A stretch of 64,000 nt of DNA from Eledone cirrhosa. Its lineage: Eukaryota. A program made the translations under genes and the position numbers. The stretch spans positions 313,844,001 to 313,908,000 of the forward strand of contig OZ024743.1 of assembly GCA_964016885.1 (NCBI GenBank), given 5' to 3'. This document shows positions 37,821-50,324 of this stretch, one piece after another (within the stretch, counting starts at the first letter, position 1; each line of letters opens with the position of its first letter). A model generated the notes under the pieces. It did no database searches. It was not told where the DNA came from and saw only the letters and a program-made list of their open reading frames with translations.

Positions 37821-40800
37821 ATGGCTATGCTAAGAATAGGCTGTTTAAATGCGCGTGGCCTGGGCTCAACTTGGAAGCAAGCAATGCTTCTAAATGACCT
37901 CAGGTCACAACGTATAGATGTGATGGTTATTTGCGAGGCCCGGATCAGCAACGTGCGACAGCTGGCCCCCACCTTTGATGACTTTGAGATGCACGCATCT
38001 CTCTGTCAGCCCGGAGGTGGGGGTGGAGTTGTCGTTCTGCTGCAAAAACATCTGGGTCTCGCAACACAGATGGTACATTTGGACCCGGAGGGTCGACTAG
38101 TGGTTCTGGACCTTGGCAGTGGTAAAGGCGGAGCGTTTAGGTTGGTAGCCGCCTGCGGCCCTTTCGGGTCAATGCGGCCGGACTTCTTCCATCATCTGGA
38201 GACTTTTCTAGGGACGTCCCGCTCCTTGCTATTAGTGGGGGACTGGAATGGTATCCTAGATGCACGCTGGGACTACGTAGGGGCCTGCCCCGATAGAGAG
38301 GGGTGTAATAGCCTCAAAGGGTTAATCGGTCGATTTGACCTGGCCGATAGATATCGACTAGATTTTCCGACTGCGCCAACCTGGACTTGGGCAAATCGTA
38401 GCGGATCATCTAGGTCGTACCTAGATAGGTTCTTAGTTAGAATTAAGGATAAGGACTTTTTAAGTTGTCCCAAAATGCGCATGGTTGGCTATTCAGACCA
38501 CAAATTAGTGACCTGCATGGTCAACCTTGACAGAACTCATAGACAGGGCCCCGGTTACTGGAAGCTCAACTTGTCCTTGCCGGCAAGTAGAGCCTACAGG
38601 AATCGGATTAGTACGTTAGTTAAGGAACGGTTGACTGGAGCGATCGTCAACAGCAGGTGGTGAGTATCTCTAAAGAGAGAGATTAGAGTAGTCTCGATAG
38701 AATTTAGTAAGGTTCTAGCTGCGGATAGGAATAGGAAGGAAAGGGAGCTAATAGATAGAGTAGAAGAGGCAATTAGAAGCGGCGACGTGGCCAGAGTGCT
38801 AGCGTCGAGAACGGCTTTGAGCCACTTTTTCGACGCGAAGCACGAAGGCTGCGTTGTCCGAAGTAAAATACGTGCTCTAGGGAACGAGGGGACCAAAGCT
38901 GTTAGCTGGGCCCGCGTGACAGAGGCCAACAGTGGGACTAAATCCACCATCCGGTCTTTGCGAGACCTGGATGGACGGGCGATTCTTGAGCCTAAGCAGA
39001 TGTGTGAGGCCTTTCAAAGGCACTTTGCCCGACTGTTCGGGAGGGGCGGGGAGTCGGTTGGGAACGTGGACATCGGTCCATACCTCGACGGCCTGCCGCG
39101 CCTCTCGGACAGGGAGGCGAAGTCCTGCGAGGAGCCGATTTCGGCCGCTGAGGTAGAGGACGTGCTGAGCCAATGCGGCAAACGCAAATCCCCGGGTCTC
39201 GATGGTCTTCCTTACGAATTATATCTAGCTATGCCGGACTTGTTCCCCGATCTCCTCGAGGCGGTCTACTGCAACTGGCAACAGAACGGGAGAATTCCCT
39301 GTACTGTGACCAAGGGCGTAGTCACGCTAGTGAGGAAGGACGAGAACAAGGGGGACGAAATAAGTAACTTCAGGCCCATAACTCTGCTAAATACAGAGTT
39401 ACAGATTTTGGCCAAGGTGCTAGCAAAGAGGTTGGCGCTTGTCGTGGGCAACCTGGTGGGAGATGCGCAGACATGCGCTATCCCGTCCAGGTCCATCCAT
39501 GACAACCTCCACCTCATGCGATACATCATAGAGAGGGTTGGGAACGAACCCGGCTTTGGTGGGGCTCTGATCAACTTGGATCAATCTAAGGCGTTCGATA
39601 GGGTCGACCATGGTTACCTGGATGCGGTGCTAGCGGCGGCAGGCTTCGGACCCGTTTTCAGGGGCTGGATCACTGCTATGCACAGCAGCCGCATCTGCTC
39701 TAGGGTCAAGGTGAACGGCTACCTCTCGGAGCCGTTCAAAATCGCGCGGTCCATCCGACAAGGGTGCCCTTTCTCCTCCCTTCTGTATGTGTTGACTCTC
39801 GAGCCACTACTGCGGAAGTTGGAGTTGTTGCAGGGCATCCCTTTGTAACCGGGATTGCGGAAAGCGGTGTCGGCCTACGCCGATGACGTGACAGTAATGG
39901 TGTCGACGGCCTCCGAAATCGAGGCGGTCGGCACCTTAGTGGAGGAGTACGAAAAGTTCACAGGGGCTAAGCTGAACCGGGACAAGTCGATCGGTTTGCA
40001 ACTCGGCACGTAGAGGGGCAGACCGATGCCCTCCGATGGCGTCGTCGGACGCTGGACGGAGGGCCCGGTGAAGTTGCTCGGGGTCTGGTTCGGACCGGAC
40101 CTCCAGGTGGAGAAAAACTGGGCGGAGGTTACGAACAGGATGTTTGCACTGACCCAGAAGTGGGCCAGTTGCAAACTATCCCCGAAAGGTCGGGCGGAGG
40201 TGGCGAACACCTACATAGCGTCCGTCATCTACTACCGCCTGACCGTAGTGTCCTGCCCAAGGGAAACCCTCACCAAGATGGAGCGCGCGCTCTTCCAATT
40301 CCTTTGGAAGAGGCAGGCTCCTATGGTGAGGAGATCCATCTGCTGTCAACACCCTTCGAAAGGAGGGCTGGGGATGCCGTGGCTAATGATGCGTAAACAC
40401 GCATTAAGGCTACGGCACCTCTACATTTCCTCACCGGACAACCGGTGTGGGCCTCGTTTGTGAGACGAACCTTTCCCAGACTCGTCTCACTCACCGAGCT
40501 GCAATCCTGGGTCAAGCAAAGACCGAGAAAACTGGGCGCCTGGCACACTGAGTGTGCCCAGGCGCTCACCGCCCTCTGGCAGGCGGATCCGGTTATCAGT
40601 GGAGACTCTACCGCAACATTCTATAGAGGGCTGGTACGCAGCAGGTGCGACGACGCCCTCGGAGAAGCCCTAGACATGGAGGAGGACGAACTGGCCGGCC
40701 TGTTCGGTAGGACATTCAGCCCGGGACCTATGGACAACTTCCAGAAGTCCCTGGCCTGGCAGTGCTACCGAGGAGCTTTACCCGTTCGAGAAAGGCTCTA

Positions 40801-41257
40801 CAGACACGGGCGCCCGGGTAGGGACCCCGCCAAAAAGATCTGTCCCAGATGCGTGTGCGACGAGGAAACCGTTGCACACGCATTGGTACACTGCTCGGGC
40901 GTAGCCGATCTGTGGGGCTATGTCGAACAACTGCTGTCAAGGGTGGGACCGATCCGGTTGACCACCGAGTCTATTGTAATAATCAAGCCGCCTCCCCCCT
41001 TCAAAGATGAAGCAGAGGCGGTGTTTCTGTGCGTAATAGCCATGGCGAAAGAGGTTGTATGGTGGACGCGTCTGAAAGGACTGAGGTCAGGCACCTTTCT
41101 CCCTGGCCAACAACTGGTCCGTTTCTTCCGATATCATTTCGGAAGAAGGATCAGGATGGAGAGAGAGGTGCTGCACCCCAGTCGTTTTTATGAAAGGTGG
41201 GTGAAAGTGGCGAGAATGGCCCGTGTGAATGGGCCTTCTCTTTACATAAGCCTGTAG
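37821..41257 (+). pseudogene. LINE ORF2 (APE-RT-CCHC) with three stops and one frameshift
   Basis: LNARGL, GDWN, YLDRF, SDH, KSPGLDG, DQSKAFDRV, YADD. Stops at 38661, 39846 and 40011; frameshift near 40425. Confidence 0.95.
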
Positions 41258-41591
41258 CTGGAAAAGAGGAAGGAACGAGGGAGCACCCCCTCTCTGTGCT
41301 CCTGAGGAAAAGGGTTGCACACTTTTTTCGGGGGTGTGTTCGACCCCCCAAGGCGCCTCCTCTCTATTGAGGATTTTGTTATAAATTTTATTTTTTGTTA
41401 TATTTTATAACAAAATCCTCTATTGAGGATTTTGTTATAATTCTATTTTTTGTTATATTTTATTTTATTTTTATATATTGTTATTGCCTCCTCCCTATTG
41501 AGGACGCCTTGTTTTGTAAACTCCTCCCATTGTACTTGTCCCACTTTTGATGCCCTTGTTGCAAATAAAAGAAACATATCTATCTATCTAT

Positions 41592-42060
41592 GTCTCTATA
41601 TTGTGTTATGGCTATGGTGAAAGGGGTTATATGGTGGACGAGGTTAAAAGGGCTGAGGTCAGACACCTTTCTCTCCGGCGAGCAACTGATTCGTTTTTTC
41701 AAATATCATTTTGGAAGAAGAATCAGGATGGAGAGAGAGGTGCTGTATCCGAGCAAATTTTATAAAAGGTGGGTGAATGTGGCAAAGATGGCCCGAGTAG
41801 TTGGGCCTTCTCTCTATATAAGCCTGTAGGTTGAGGAAAAAGAGGAAGAGAGGAAAGGAGTACTCACTCTTGGTGCTCCTGGAGATGAGGGTTGTACATT
41901 TTTTCGGGGTGTGTACAACCCCTGTGTAACACCTCCCCCTATTGGGGATTTCAATTGTTATTTGTTATTGTATTAATAGTTTTATTTTCATATACCTGTA
42001 TGTAAACTACCCATTTGTAGTTGTCCCCTTCTTTTGTGCCCTTGTGGCTAATAAAGAAAT
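41592..42060 (+). mobile_element. 5'-truncated 3' fragment of a related, more diverged Tx1 subfamily
   Basis: CVMAMVKGVIWWTRLKGLRSDTFLSG matches the ORF2 C-terminus. (TATC)n lies on both sides. Confidence 0.9.
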
Positions 42061-42129
42061 TTATCTATGTCTCTATCTATCTATCTATCTATCTATCTAT
42101 CACCAAAATTCGAAGGAGGAAAGGGGAAG

Positions 42130-43872
42130 ATGAACTTACAGCTTCCCCCTGCCACTGTCACAGTAGCAGAGGTCAAGAAGATAGGTCAGCCAGAGGAAGA
42201 ATTCTCTCCACCTGTTAACCGACAACTTGACGTTGCCATGGCAACAACCCAAAGAACCAGCAGCAACAGCAACAACAACAACAATGCGACGGACGAAAAC
42301 AACACCAATAACAATAACAATAACAACAACAAGACCAATAACGGTGACAACAACAACAATGATAACAACAACACCACCAACGACAACAACAACACAAACA
42401 AACAAAATTTCTCCTTCGCCGAGACGACAAGGAAAACCCTCGACTATCTGCCAGTAGATATAACAAAAGCGAAGGAGCTACTGGCGGATGCGAAAAAATA
42501 TATAGTGTACGGGGAAAATGGTTCATTCACAATCCATTCCCCCCCGGAACTAAAAAGCCAGAGACTCCTAAACACGGTCATGTTTAGGACAATCTCGAAC
42601 AAAAGTAAAAAACCAGCTCAACCATCACAGAGCGAGATAGAGCTGGTTTTAAAAGACGTCATGAAGGACATCACCTTCATTCAGAAGGATAGACTCTACG
42701 GGAGTCTATCCATTCTCATGAAGGACAGGGACACAGCAGTGAAACTGTCCATCAAACCAATCACATCCACCGCATACACCTTCTACCCTACGTACATGGG
42801 TAGAAGAACACAAAAAATAAAAATCCACACCATCCTGCCGATTATGGACATATGGTGGGTTTTGACAGGTTTTCTGGACCTGGAGGATGACATGCTGGTG
42901 TCCATGGGAAAGGCATCGGGTGACGCGTTCAGTGGAACGAGCCTCGAACTTGTAGTTCAAATGAGGCCCGAAAGGATCGCCCAGATCCCTGAACGCGTCA
43001 TACTGGATGATCTAACCTTCATCAACATTACCGTTGAGGGTAGACGGCCCTCGTGTTACCTCTGCGGAACCAGAGGTCACCTGAGGGCTGTCTGTCCCCA
43101 ACTTAATAAGAAAACCCCAATCCTGCCTACACCACCAACAACTGCACAACCAACACAATCACCACAACTACCACTACAAAAACAACCACCACAGCTCAAA
43201 CCAAAACAAAACAATGTCCAACCCATCCCCTCCACTCAAAAAACAAAAACAATTTCCAAAACACCCGTACCGCAAACACAACCCGAAAATATACCCCTCC
43301 CCTCCAACGCGGAAGATGACCATAGTTCGTCGTCAGACGAGGAGGAGCACTTCCACACAATCAAAAGAAAAAAAAGAAAACACACCTCAGACACACAAAT
43401 GAAAAAAAACCCTCCCCAAAACATAACACTGACACCAACACAAAAGAGCTCACAACAGCAAACAAAAAACACCACACAAAAACAAAAACATGCATACACA
43501 TACATAAATACAAGAAACAAAAAACTGTTAAACATTGTGTACAACAACAATCTAATAAAAACACAAGGGCCTAACTTCACCCAGGCAGGGTATTTCCCCC
43601 ACCTCAAAATGATTAAGGACCCACAGGACACCTATAAAACTTTAAAAAACAATTTTAAAGAGGACGTGGGTCCCCCCTGCGTCGGGCCCATTAACCGCGT
43701 CCTCCTAAAAAACTATCCCACCCCCTCCCCAAACACCCTCACAACTCCAAGCTCCCCAACCACACAACACACTGATGCCCCCACACTTCCACAAACCACC
43801 ACCCCACCCAACAACCCATCCCCCACCCTAATGGAAATTGTGCAGCCCGATACCCGGGACGCAGAGAGGTAA
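42130..43872 (+). CDS. LINE ORF1 protein with intact CX2CX4HX4C knuckle
   Basis: Open frame containing CYLCGTRGHLRAVC. The first ATG after the junction is at 42130. Confidence 0.85.
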   Translation: MNLQLPPATVTVAEVKKIGQPEEEFSPPVNRQLDVAMATTQRTSSNSNNNNNATDENNTNNNNNNNNKTNNGDNNNNDNNNTTNDNNNTNKQNFSFAETTRKTLDYLPVDITKAKELLADAKKYIVYGENGSFTIHSPPELKSQRLLNTVMFRTISNKSKKPAQPSQSEIELVLKDVMKDITFIQKDRLYGSLSILMKDRDTAVKLSIKPITSTAYTFYPTYMGRRTQKIKIHTILPIMDIWWVLTGFLDLEDDMLVSMGKASGDAFSGTSLELVVQMRPERIAQIPERVILDDLTFINITVEGRRPSCYLCGTRGHLRAVCPQLNKKTPILPTPPTTAQPTQSPQLPLQKQPPQLKPKQNNVQPIPSTQKTKTISKTPVPQTQPENIPLPSNAEDDHSSSSDEEEHFHTIKRKKRKHTSDTQMKKNPPQNITLTPTQKSSQQQTKNTTQKQKHAYTYINTRNKKLLNIVYNNNLIKTQGPNFTQAGYFPHLKMIKDPQDTYKTLKNNFKEDVGPPCVGPINRVLLKNYPTPSPNTLTTPSSPTTQHTDAPTLPQTTTPPNNPSPTLMEIVQPDTRDAER

Positions 43873-43896
43873 GTGCCTTTTCTCTTCACCACCAAC

Positions 43897-46800
43897 ATGG
43901 CTATGCTAAGAGTAGGCTGTTTAAATGCGCGTGGCCTGGGCTCAACTTGGAAGCAAGCAATGCTTCTAAATGACCTCAGGTCACAACGTATAGATGTGAT
44001 GGTTATTTGCGAGGCCCGGATCAGCAACGTGCGACAGCTGGCCCCCACCTTTGATGACTTTGAGATGCACGCATCTCTCTGTCAGCCCGGAGGTGGGGGT
44101 GGAGTTGTCGTTCTGCTGCAAAAACATCTGGGTCTCGCAACACAGATGGTACATTTGGACCCGGAGGGTCGACTAGTGGTTCTGGACCTTGGCAGTGGTA
44201 AAGGCGGAGCGTTTAGGTTGGTAGCCGCCTACGGCCCTTTCGGGTCAATGCGGCCGGACTTCTTCCATCGTCTGGAGACTTTTCTAGGGACGTCCCGCTC
44301 CTTGCTATTAGTGGGGGACTGGAATGGTATCCTAGATGCACGCTGGGACTACGTAGGGGCCTGCCCCGATAGAGAGGGGTGTAATAGCCTCAAAGGGTTA
44401 ATCGGTCGATTTGACCTGGCCGATAGATATCGACTAGATTTTCCGACTGCGCCAACCTGGACTTGGGCAAATCGTAGCGGATCATCTAGGTCGTACCTAG
44501 ATAGGTTCTTAGTTAGAATTAAGGATAAGGACTTTTTAAGTTGTCCAAAAATGCGCATTGTTGGCTATTCAGACCACAAATTAGTGACCTGCATGGTCAA
44601 CCTTGACAGAACTCATAGACAGGGCCCCGGTTACTGGAAGCTCAATTTGTCCTTGCCGGCAAGTAGAGCCTACAGGAATCGGATTAGTACGTTAGTTAAG
44701 GAACGGTTGACTGGAGCGATCGTCAACAGCAGGTGGTGGGTATCTCTAAAGAGAGAGATTAGAGTAGTCTCGATAGAATTTAGTAAGGTTCTAGCTGCGG
44801 ATAGGAATAGGAAGGAAAGGGAGCTAATAGATAGAGTAGAAGAGGCAATTAGAAGCGGCGACGTGGCCAGAGTGCTAGCGTCGAGAACGGCTTTGAGCCA
44901 CTTTTTCGACGCGAAGCACGAAGGCTGCGTTGTCCGAAGTAAAATACGTGCTCTAGGGAACGAGGGGACCAAAGCTGTTAGCTGGGCCCGCGTGACAGAG
45001 GCCAACAGTGGAACTAAATCCACCATCCGGTCTTTGCGAGACCTGGATGGACGGGCGATTCTTGAGCCTAAGCAGATGTGTGAGGCCTTTCAAAGGCACT
45101 TTGCCCGACTGTTCGGGAGGGGCGGGGAGCCGGTTGGGAACGTGGACTTCGGTCCATACCTCGACGGCCTGCCGCGCCTTTCGGACAGGGAGGCGAAGTC
45201 CTGCGAGGAGCCGATTTCGGCCGCTGAGATAGAGGACGTGCTGAGCCAATGCGGCAAACGCAAATCCCCGGGTCTCGATGGTCTTCCTTACGAATTATAT
45301 CTAGCTATGCCGGACTTGTTCCCCGATCTCCTCGAGGCGGTCTACTGCAACTGGCAACAGAACGGGAGAATTCCCTGTACTGTGACCAAGGGCGTAGTCA
45401 CGCTAGTGAGGAAGGACGAGAACAAGGGGGACGAAATAAGTAACTTCAGGCCCATAACACTGCTAAATACAGAGTTACAGATTTTGGCCAAGGTGCTAGC
45501 AAAGAGGTTGGCGCTTGTCGTGGGCAACCTGGTGGGAGATGCGCAGACATGCGCTATCCCGTCCAGGTCCATCCATGACAACCTCCACCTCATGCGATAC
45601 ATCATAGAGAGGGTTGGGAACGAACCCGGCTTTGGTGGGGCTCTGATCAACTTGGATCAATCTAAGGCGTTCGATAGGGTCGACCATGGTTACCTGGATG
45701 CGGTGCTAGCGGCGGCAGGCTTCGGACCCGTTTTCAGGGGCTGGATCACTGCTATGCACAGCAGCCGCATCTGCTCTAGGGTCAAGGTGAACGCCTACCT
45801 CTCGGAGCCGTTCAAAATCGCGCGGTCCATCCGACAAGGGTGCCCTCTCTCCTCCCTTCTGTATGTGTTGACTCTCGAGCCACTACTGCGGAAGTTGGAG
45901 TTGTTGCAGGGCATCCCTTTGGAACCGGGATTGCGGAAAGCGGTGTCGGCCTACGCCGATGACGTGACAGTAATGGTGTCGACGGCCTCCGAAATCGAGG
46001 CGGTCGGCACCTTACTGGAGGAGTACGAAAAGTTCACAGAGGGTAAGTTGAACCGGGACAAGTCGATCGGTTTGCAACTCGGCACGTGGAGGGGCAGACC
46101 GATGCCCTCCGATAGCGTCGTCGGACGCTGGACGGAGGGCCCGGTGAAGTTGCTCGGGGTCTGGTTCGGACCGGACCTCCAGGTGGAGAAAAACTGGGCG
46201 GAGGTTACGAACAGGATGTTTGCACTGACCCAGAAGTGGGCCAGTTGCAAACTATCCCCGAAAGGTCGGGCGGAGGTGGCGAACACCTACATAGCGTCCG
46301 TCATCTACTACCGCATGACCGTAGTGTCCTGCCCAAGGGAAACCCTCACCAAGATGGAGCGCGCGCTCTTCCAATTCCTTTGGAAGAGGCAGGCTCCTAT
46401 GGTGAGGAGATCCATCTGCTGTCAACACCCTTCGAAAGGAGGGCTGGGGATGCCGTGGCTAATGATGCGTAAACACGCATTAAGGCTACGGCACCTCTAC
46501 ATTTCCTCACCGGACAACCGGTGTGGGCCTCGTTTGTGAGACGAACCTTTCCCAGACTCGTCTCACTCACCGAGCTGCAATCCTGGGTCAAGCAAAGACC
46601 GAGAAAACTGGGCGCCTGGCACACTGAGTGTGCCCAGGCGCTCACCGCCCTCTGGCAGGCGGATCCGGTTATCAGTGGAGACTCCACCGCAACATTCTAT
46701 AGAGGGCTGGTACGCAGCAGGTGCGACGACGCCCTCGGAGAAGCCCTAGACATGGAGGAGGACGAACTGGCCGGCCTGTTCGGTAGGACATTCAGCCCGG

Positions 46801-47333
46801 GACCTATGGACAACTTCCAGAAGTCCCTGGCCTGGCAGTGCTACCGAGGGGCTTTACCCGTTCGAGAAAGGCTCTACAGACACGGGCGCCCGGGTAGGGA
46901 CCCCGCCAAAAAGATCTGTCCCAGATGCGTGTGCGACGAGGAAACCGTTGCACACGCATTAGTACACTGCTCGGGCGTAGCCGATCTGTGGGGCTATGTC
47001 GAACAACTGCTGTCAAGGGTGGGACCGATCCGGTTGACCACCGAGTCTATTGTAATGATCAAGCCGCCTCCCCTCTTCAAAGATGAAGCAGAGGCGGTGT
47101 TTCTGTGCGTAATAGCCATGGCGAAAGAGGTTGTATGGTGGACGCGTCTGAAAGGACTGAGGTCGGGCACCTTTCTCTCTGGCCAACAACTGGTCCGTTT
47201 CTTCCGATATCATTTCGGAAGAAGGATCAGGATGGAGAGAGAGGTGCTGCACCCCAGCCGTTTCTATGAAAGATGGGTGAAAGTGGCGAGAATGGCCCGT
47301 GTGAATGGGCCTTCACTCTACATCAGACTATAG
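43897..47333 (+). pseudogene. LINE ORF2; EN and RT open, one frameshift near 46500 before the C-terminal zinc finger
   Basis: 888-aa ORF containing SAYADDVT, then a 270-aa ORF containing CPRCVCDEETVAHALVHC. Confidence 0.93.
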
Positions 47334-47597
47334 GTGAGGAAGATGAAAGACCAAGGGAGCACCCCTTCTCTGTGCTCCTGAGGAGAAGGGTTGCACACTT
47401 TTTTCGGGGGTGTGTGCGACCCCCCAAGGCGCCTCCTCTCTATTGAGGATTTTGTTAAGAATTTTATTTTTTGTTATATCTTATTTTATTTTTATATTTT
47501 GTTATTGCCTCCTCCTTATTGAGGACGCCTTTTTGTGTAAACTCCCCCCTTTGTACTTGTCCCACTTTTGATGCCCCAGTGGCAAATAAAAGAAATA

Positions 47598-47633
<36 letters not shown>

Positions 47634-47728
47634 CATCTATCTATCTATCTATCTATCTATCTACCTATCTCTCTCTATATATATAGGTGGCACTACGTTA
47701 CACGTTACCTGTAGTGTCCTATCTCCAT

Positions 47729-47780
<52 letters not shown>

Positions 47781-47984
47781 TATAATATATGGAGAATAGG
47801 ATTGGCTGTGTAGTTGCTAGTTAAAGTACCTTAAATGGACTGTGAATAAGAAGAAAGCAAGAACGGGGGGTCCTCATCAGTTGTCTACTGGGGGTCTCTC
47901 GGATATATATATATATACACACGTACACACTCATACATTTATATATATACACATATGCACTCATATACACGCGCGCGCACACAC

Positions 47985-48040
<56 letters not shown>

Positions 48041-48045
<5 letters not shown>

Positions 48046-48398
48046 TATTAAAAAAATTAATGACTAAACAAAGAAACAGTTCCTTATATTAAACAAAAAA
48101 AGTTCATTATTTTACGATCGTTTCTAGGACATATATGTGTTAGAATTGGTATGCATATTCAAAAGATATATATATATGTCCTAGAAACGATCGTAAAATA
48201 ATGAACTTTTTTTGTTTAATATAAGGAACTGTTTCTTTGTTTATTCATTATTTTTTAAATAATTTATCTTGACTCTGTTTTCCGTTTATCTTTCACCGAA
48301 AGTGATTTTTGAATGCATCTCTTCTTTTCATGATATCCGGATTACATTGAGTTCTTCATACGGATTGGACACTACCGTAAACTTTTGGTAGATTTATC

Positions 48399-48402
<4 letters not shown>
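48041..48402 (+). mobile_element. Hairpin-plus-tail insertion (family H) with HHR half-core GAAACGAUCGUA
   Basis: Inverted arms 48041-48136/48172-48267, a tail to ~48400, and (TA)n flanks. Confidence 0.72.
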
Positions 48403-48482
<80 letters not shown>

Positions 48483-48905
48483 CATATATGTATATATACT
48501 GTATATATATATATAAATTGAATGGAGAATGAAATTTAGAATAAAACTGTAGTAAATGGGAATATGTCACGTTGGAAAATGGCTTGCGGGATTATCATCT
48601 TAAAACCAGTGTATCATGTATTATTGGAAGTATTAGTGAGACCATCGTTATGTGTATGGGCTTTTAATAAGTATGAGATAATTGCATTTCATTCGAATAT
48701 AGTATACACGAAGCCAAAATCCTGTATATTGAACAACTCATTATAAACTAATATAGGAAACCATCAATATTTGGATAATCGTATATGCAAAGTGTCTTAA
48801 TATTTTAATTTGTGATAATGATAAATTTATTTGATGGATATTCATTTAGATATGGTTGATATTATATAACTGGATATACTTATGATATATACAGTATATA
48901 TATAT

Positions 48906-49478
48906 AATCTGAGTTTTTCGAATATTAATAATAATATTCGATTCGTTTGCAATTATGCAAACAGGCCTCATTTTTAAAGCCATATCAGTAGAATGAGCCC
49001 CTCGTTCTTGCTCTAATGTCGGCATGTAAACAGAAATGTAGACACTAATATTTCTGCGTATAACCTTTCATGAATACAGCTCACTGTTCACCTGCCAACT
49101 GTCAGAGCTAGTGAATGCGTTATATAAATATTTTCGAAAATATACAATGACTGATCGGCCTGATTTGGATATTAGCAGACAGATTGAACAGTCAGATCTG
49201 CATATTAGCAGATCCACTGATCAGCCAAATTTGCATTTCAGCAGACTGGCCAGTAGCTTCCTGTATACGAGCGATGAATTGCCGGCTTTGCCACATTCAA
49301 ATAAAAAAAATAATTTTTCGCTGTACATGGCTGAATACAATAAATGTAATCTGAGTTTTTCGAATATTAATAATAATATTCGATTTGTTTGCAATTATGA
49401 AAACAAGCCTCATTTTTAAAGCCATGTCAGTAGAATGAGCCCCTTATTTTTGCTCTTATGTTGGCATGTAAACAGAAC
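48906..49478. repeat. ~130-bp direct repeats (48906-49035, 49347-49476) enclosing three 33-bp tandem units
   Basis: Read directly from sequence. Confidence 0.8.
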
Positions 49479-49502
49479 TGCAATTCTTCTTTTACATATA
49501 TA

Positions 49503-50324
49503 CTAGCAGCTGAGCCCGGTTGCACCTGGGGCCACTTTTTATTAAGTTAATAATTTGAAAAATAGTATTGAAAGTTTATTATAAAGAAGCAGTTTCAGGA
49601 AAAAAAATAGAAATATGCACTTGGGGCTGGACGGCGTAAAATGAGAAGTGGAGCGACGTGAAAAGCGTTGTTTATTAACAGCGAAATAGCAATGTCGATG
49701 ATATGCAATTTGAAAAATACTACTTATTGTTAGTGTTGGTTAACATGTATTAGAATTAAAATAAAAACACGCGTCCCTTCTTCGCAATTTAAGGGTTTTA
49801 TTTCTTTTGATGGAAAACAGTGACCGTACTGCAGAATCGATTTCATAAAACGGTACTGTATGATCGTTAAATGTAGAAGAATGATAGTTTATTAACAGCA
49901 AATAGCAATGTCGATGATATGCAAGTTTAAAAATGCATATTATGAAGGTTTGTATAATAGTTTACACTTTTTCTTGAAACTGCTTCTTTATAATAAACTT
50001 TCAATAATATTTCTCAAATTATTGGTACTGTATGTTAACAACGAAAGAACGTTGATGAGTTTAAAAATTTGTATAAAATTGTAAATAACTCAGCCAAGTA
50101 TTAGAACAGGGGGAAATAACTCACCGAACGCGATAGTAAATAGACCTTTTGGGGGCCCTAGGGGCCACATTTTCAAGTTAGAGATTTGAAACCTCATCTA
50201 TTTGCTTCCTTCGTACTTTTCACATAGGCGTGTAAATTTCCATGTCCGTCCGATCACGTCTACTAACATTTAGCCGTGCACATCTGAATTTCAACCACCA
50301 CCCATTTCACAAATATATATTAGA
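49503..50324 (-). mobile_element. Probable non-autonomous Helitron
   Basis: On the minus strand it starts TCTAATATATA and ends with a GC-rich hairpin (CCCAGGTGCAACCGGG) then CTAG|T. Confidence 0.55.

Larger units (their letters stand above)
35782..41575 (+). mobile_element. L1/Tx1-type non-LTR retrotransposon, copy 1, apparently full length
   Basis: Putative 5' UTR, ORF1, ORF2, and a 3' UTR ending AATAAAAGAAA then (TATC)n. Confidence 0.92.
42100..47596 (+). mobile_element. L1/Tx1-type element, copy 2, lacking the 5' UTR
   Basis: Begins directly after (TATC)n at the sequence matching 36010. Body is nearly identical to copy 1. Confidence 0.93.

Noticed and set aside
36046-47252. Antisense and alternate-frame ORFs inside the LINE copies
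   Set aside because: They are shadows of ORF1/ORF2, duplicated only because the element is duplicated.
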